DNA from: Phyllobates terribilis
Lineage: Eukaryota
Length of the DNA stretch: 64,000 bases
Reading direction: 5' to 3'
NCBI RefSeq assembly: GCF_046119375.1
Contig: NW_027362761.1
Span: 63,178,001 to 63,242,000 of the forward strand
Part shown: in pieces, positions 62,901 to 64,000 of the stretch
Layout: the number at the start of each line of letters is the position of its first letter
How positions within the stretch are numbered: position 1 is the stretch's first letter
Notes under the pieces: model-generated
The model's input: only the letters and a program-made list of their open reading frames with translations
What the model was told of the DNA's origin: nothing
The model's database searches: none
Made by a program: the position numbers and the translations under genes

Positions 62901-63379
62901 CTGACTCACTGGTGACGTCTCTAGGTCAAGTCCTTCAGCTACGCTTTTCTCCTTCATCCAGCCAGGACTCGTCTCTGCATAAAATAACACAGTTATCTAG
63001 AGCACATTCCCCAACTTCTACATTACGCAGCTGAATACAGACGTGCATCCACCATCAATATATGGTTAGTTATTATGCAACCTACCATTCCAAATATAAA
63101 TTGTAATCCACCACGGTGCCCCCATTAACTGTAAATAGGCACTTAATATATAATTTAATTAGAACCTCTACTCTTTCCGCCAATTTGTTACCAGTTACAC
63201 TCCTGCATCCGCAAAGCCCCCTACTCTATACTTCCTGCTCCCCGCATTCATTATTTACATGCACCCCCTGCCCCAATTCATTATATCATGTCCGTGCTCT
63301 CCCCACCCATCATCATTTATCATTTACTCTCCCCCACCCCACATTCATTATGTGCAGCTCATTATCACCCTACTCCCAA

Positions 63380-64000
63380 TTCCCCCATGTGCAGCTCATT
63401 TTCTCCCAATTCCCCCATGTGCAGCTCTCATCCCCCCCATGTGCAGCTCTCAAACCCCCCCATGTGCAGCTCTCACCCCCCCATGTGCACATCTCTCACC
63501 CCCTCCCCCACATGTGCACCTCTCTCACCCCCTCCCCCACATGTGCACCTCTCTCACCCCCCTTCCCCACATGTGCACCTCTCTCATCCCCCTCCCCCAC
63601 ATGTGCACCTCTCTCATCCCCCTCCACCACATGTGCACCTCTCTCACCCGCCTCTCCCACATGTGCACCTCTCTAATCCCCCTCCCCCACATGTGCACCT
63701 CTCTCATCCCCCTCCCCCACATGTGCACCTCTCTCATCCCCCCCACATGTGCATCTCTCATCCCCCCACATGTGCAGCTCTCACCACCCCCCATGTGCAC
63801 ATCTCTCATCCCCCTCCCCCACATGTGCCCCTCTCTCATCCCCCTCCCTCACATGTGCACCTCTCTCATCCCCCTCCCCCACATGTGCACCTCTCTCATC
63901 CCCCTCCACCACATGTGCACCTCTCTCATCCCCCTCCCCCACATGTGCACCTCTCTCATCCCCCTCCCCCACATGTTTACCTCTCTCATCCCCCCCACAT
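63380..64000. repeat. C-rich ~30-bp minisatellite running off the window end
   Basis: Tandem CCCCCACATGTGCACCTCTCTCATCCCCCT units. Confidence 0.9.

Overview
AT-rich, repeat-dense vertebrate genomic DNA. It is most likely an anuran (frog); this is an inference from the repeat families (T2/Kolobok-type TTAA MITEs, V-SINE, L2/CR1, Tc1, Penelope). Two spliced transcription-factor genes could be reconstructed, facing head-to-head across a ~280-bp CpG-rich promoter with CRE sites. On the minus strand is a BTB/POZ + C2H2 zinc-finger (ZBTB-type) gene of ~422 aa: probable non-coding exon near 35730-35790, coding exons 22400-21331 and 7059-6861. On the plus strand is a THAP-domain gene of ~184 aa with an HCF-binding EHDY motif and a coiled coil: probable non-coding exon ending 36059, coding exons 40436-40503, 42943-43138 and 46573-46863. 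Neither gene could be assigned to a named orthologue. The rest is transposon-derived: four Tc1-type copies (one near-intact DD37E/TRT-type), an internally deleted two-LTR Gypsy with a Gmr1-like layout, solo LTRs carrying VNTRs, an L2 interrupted by CR1, V-SINEs, many MITEs (several nested), Penelope-type termini with minimal hammerhead ribozymes, and C-rich minisatellites. One hammerhead is intact and lies sense within the predicted ZBTB intron. Everything was read by eye; repeat family names and boundaries are approximate where stated.
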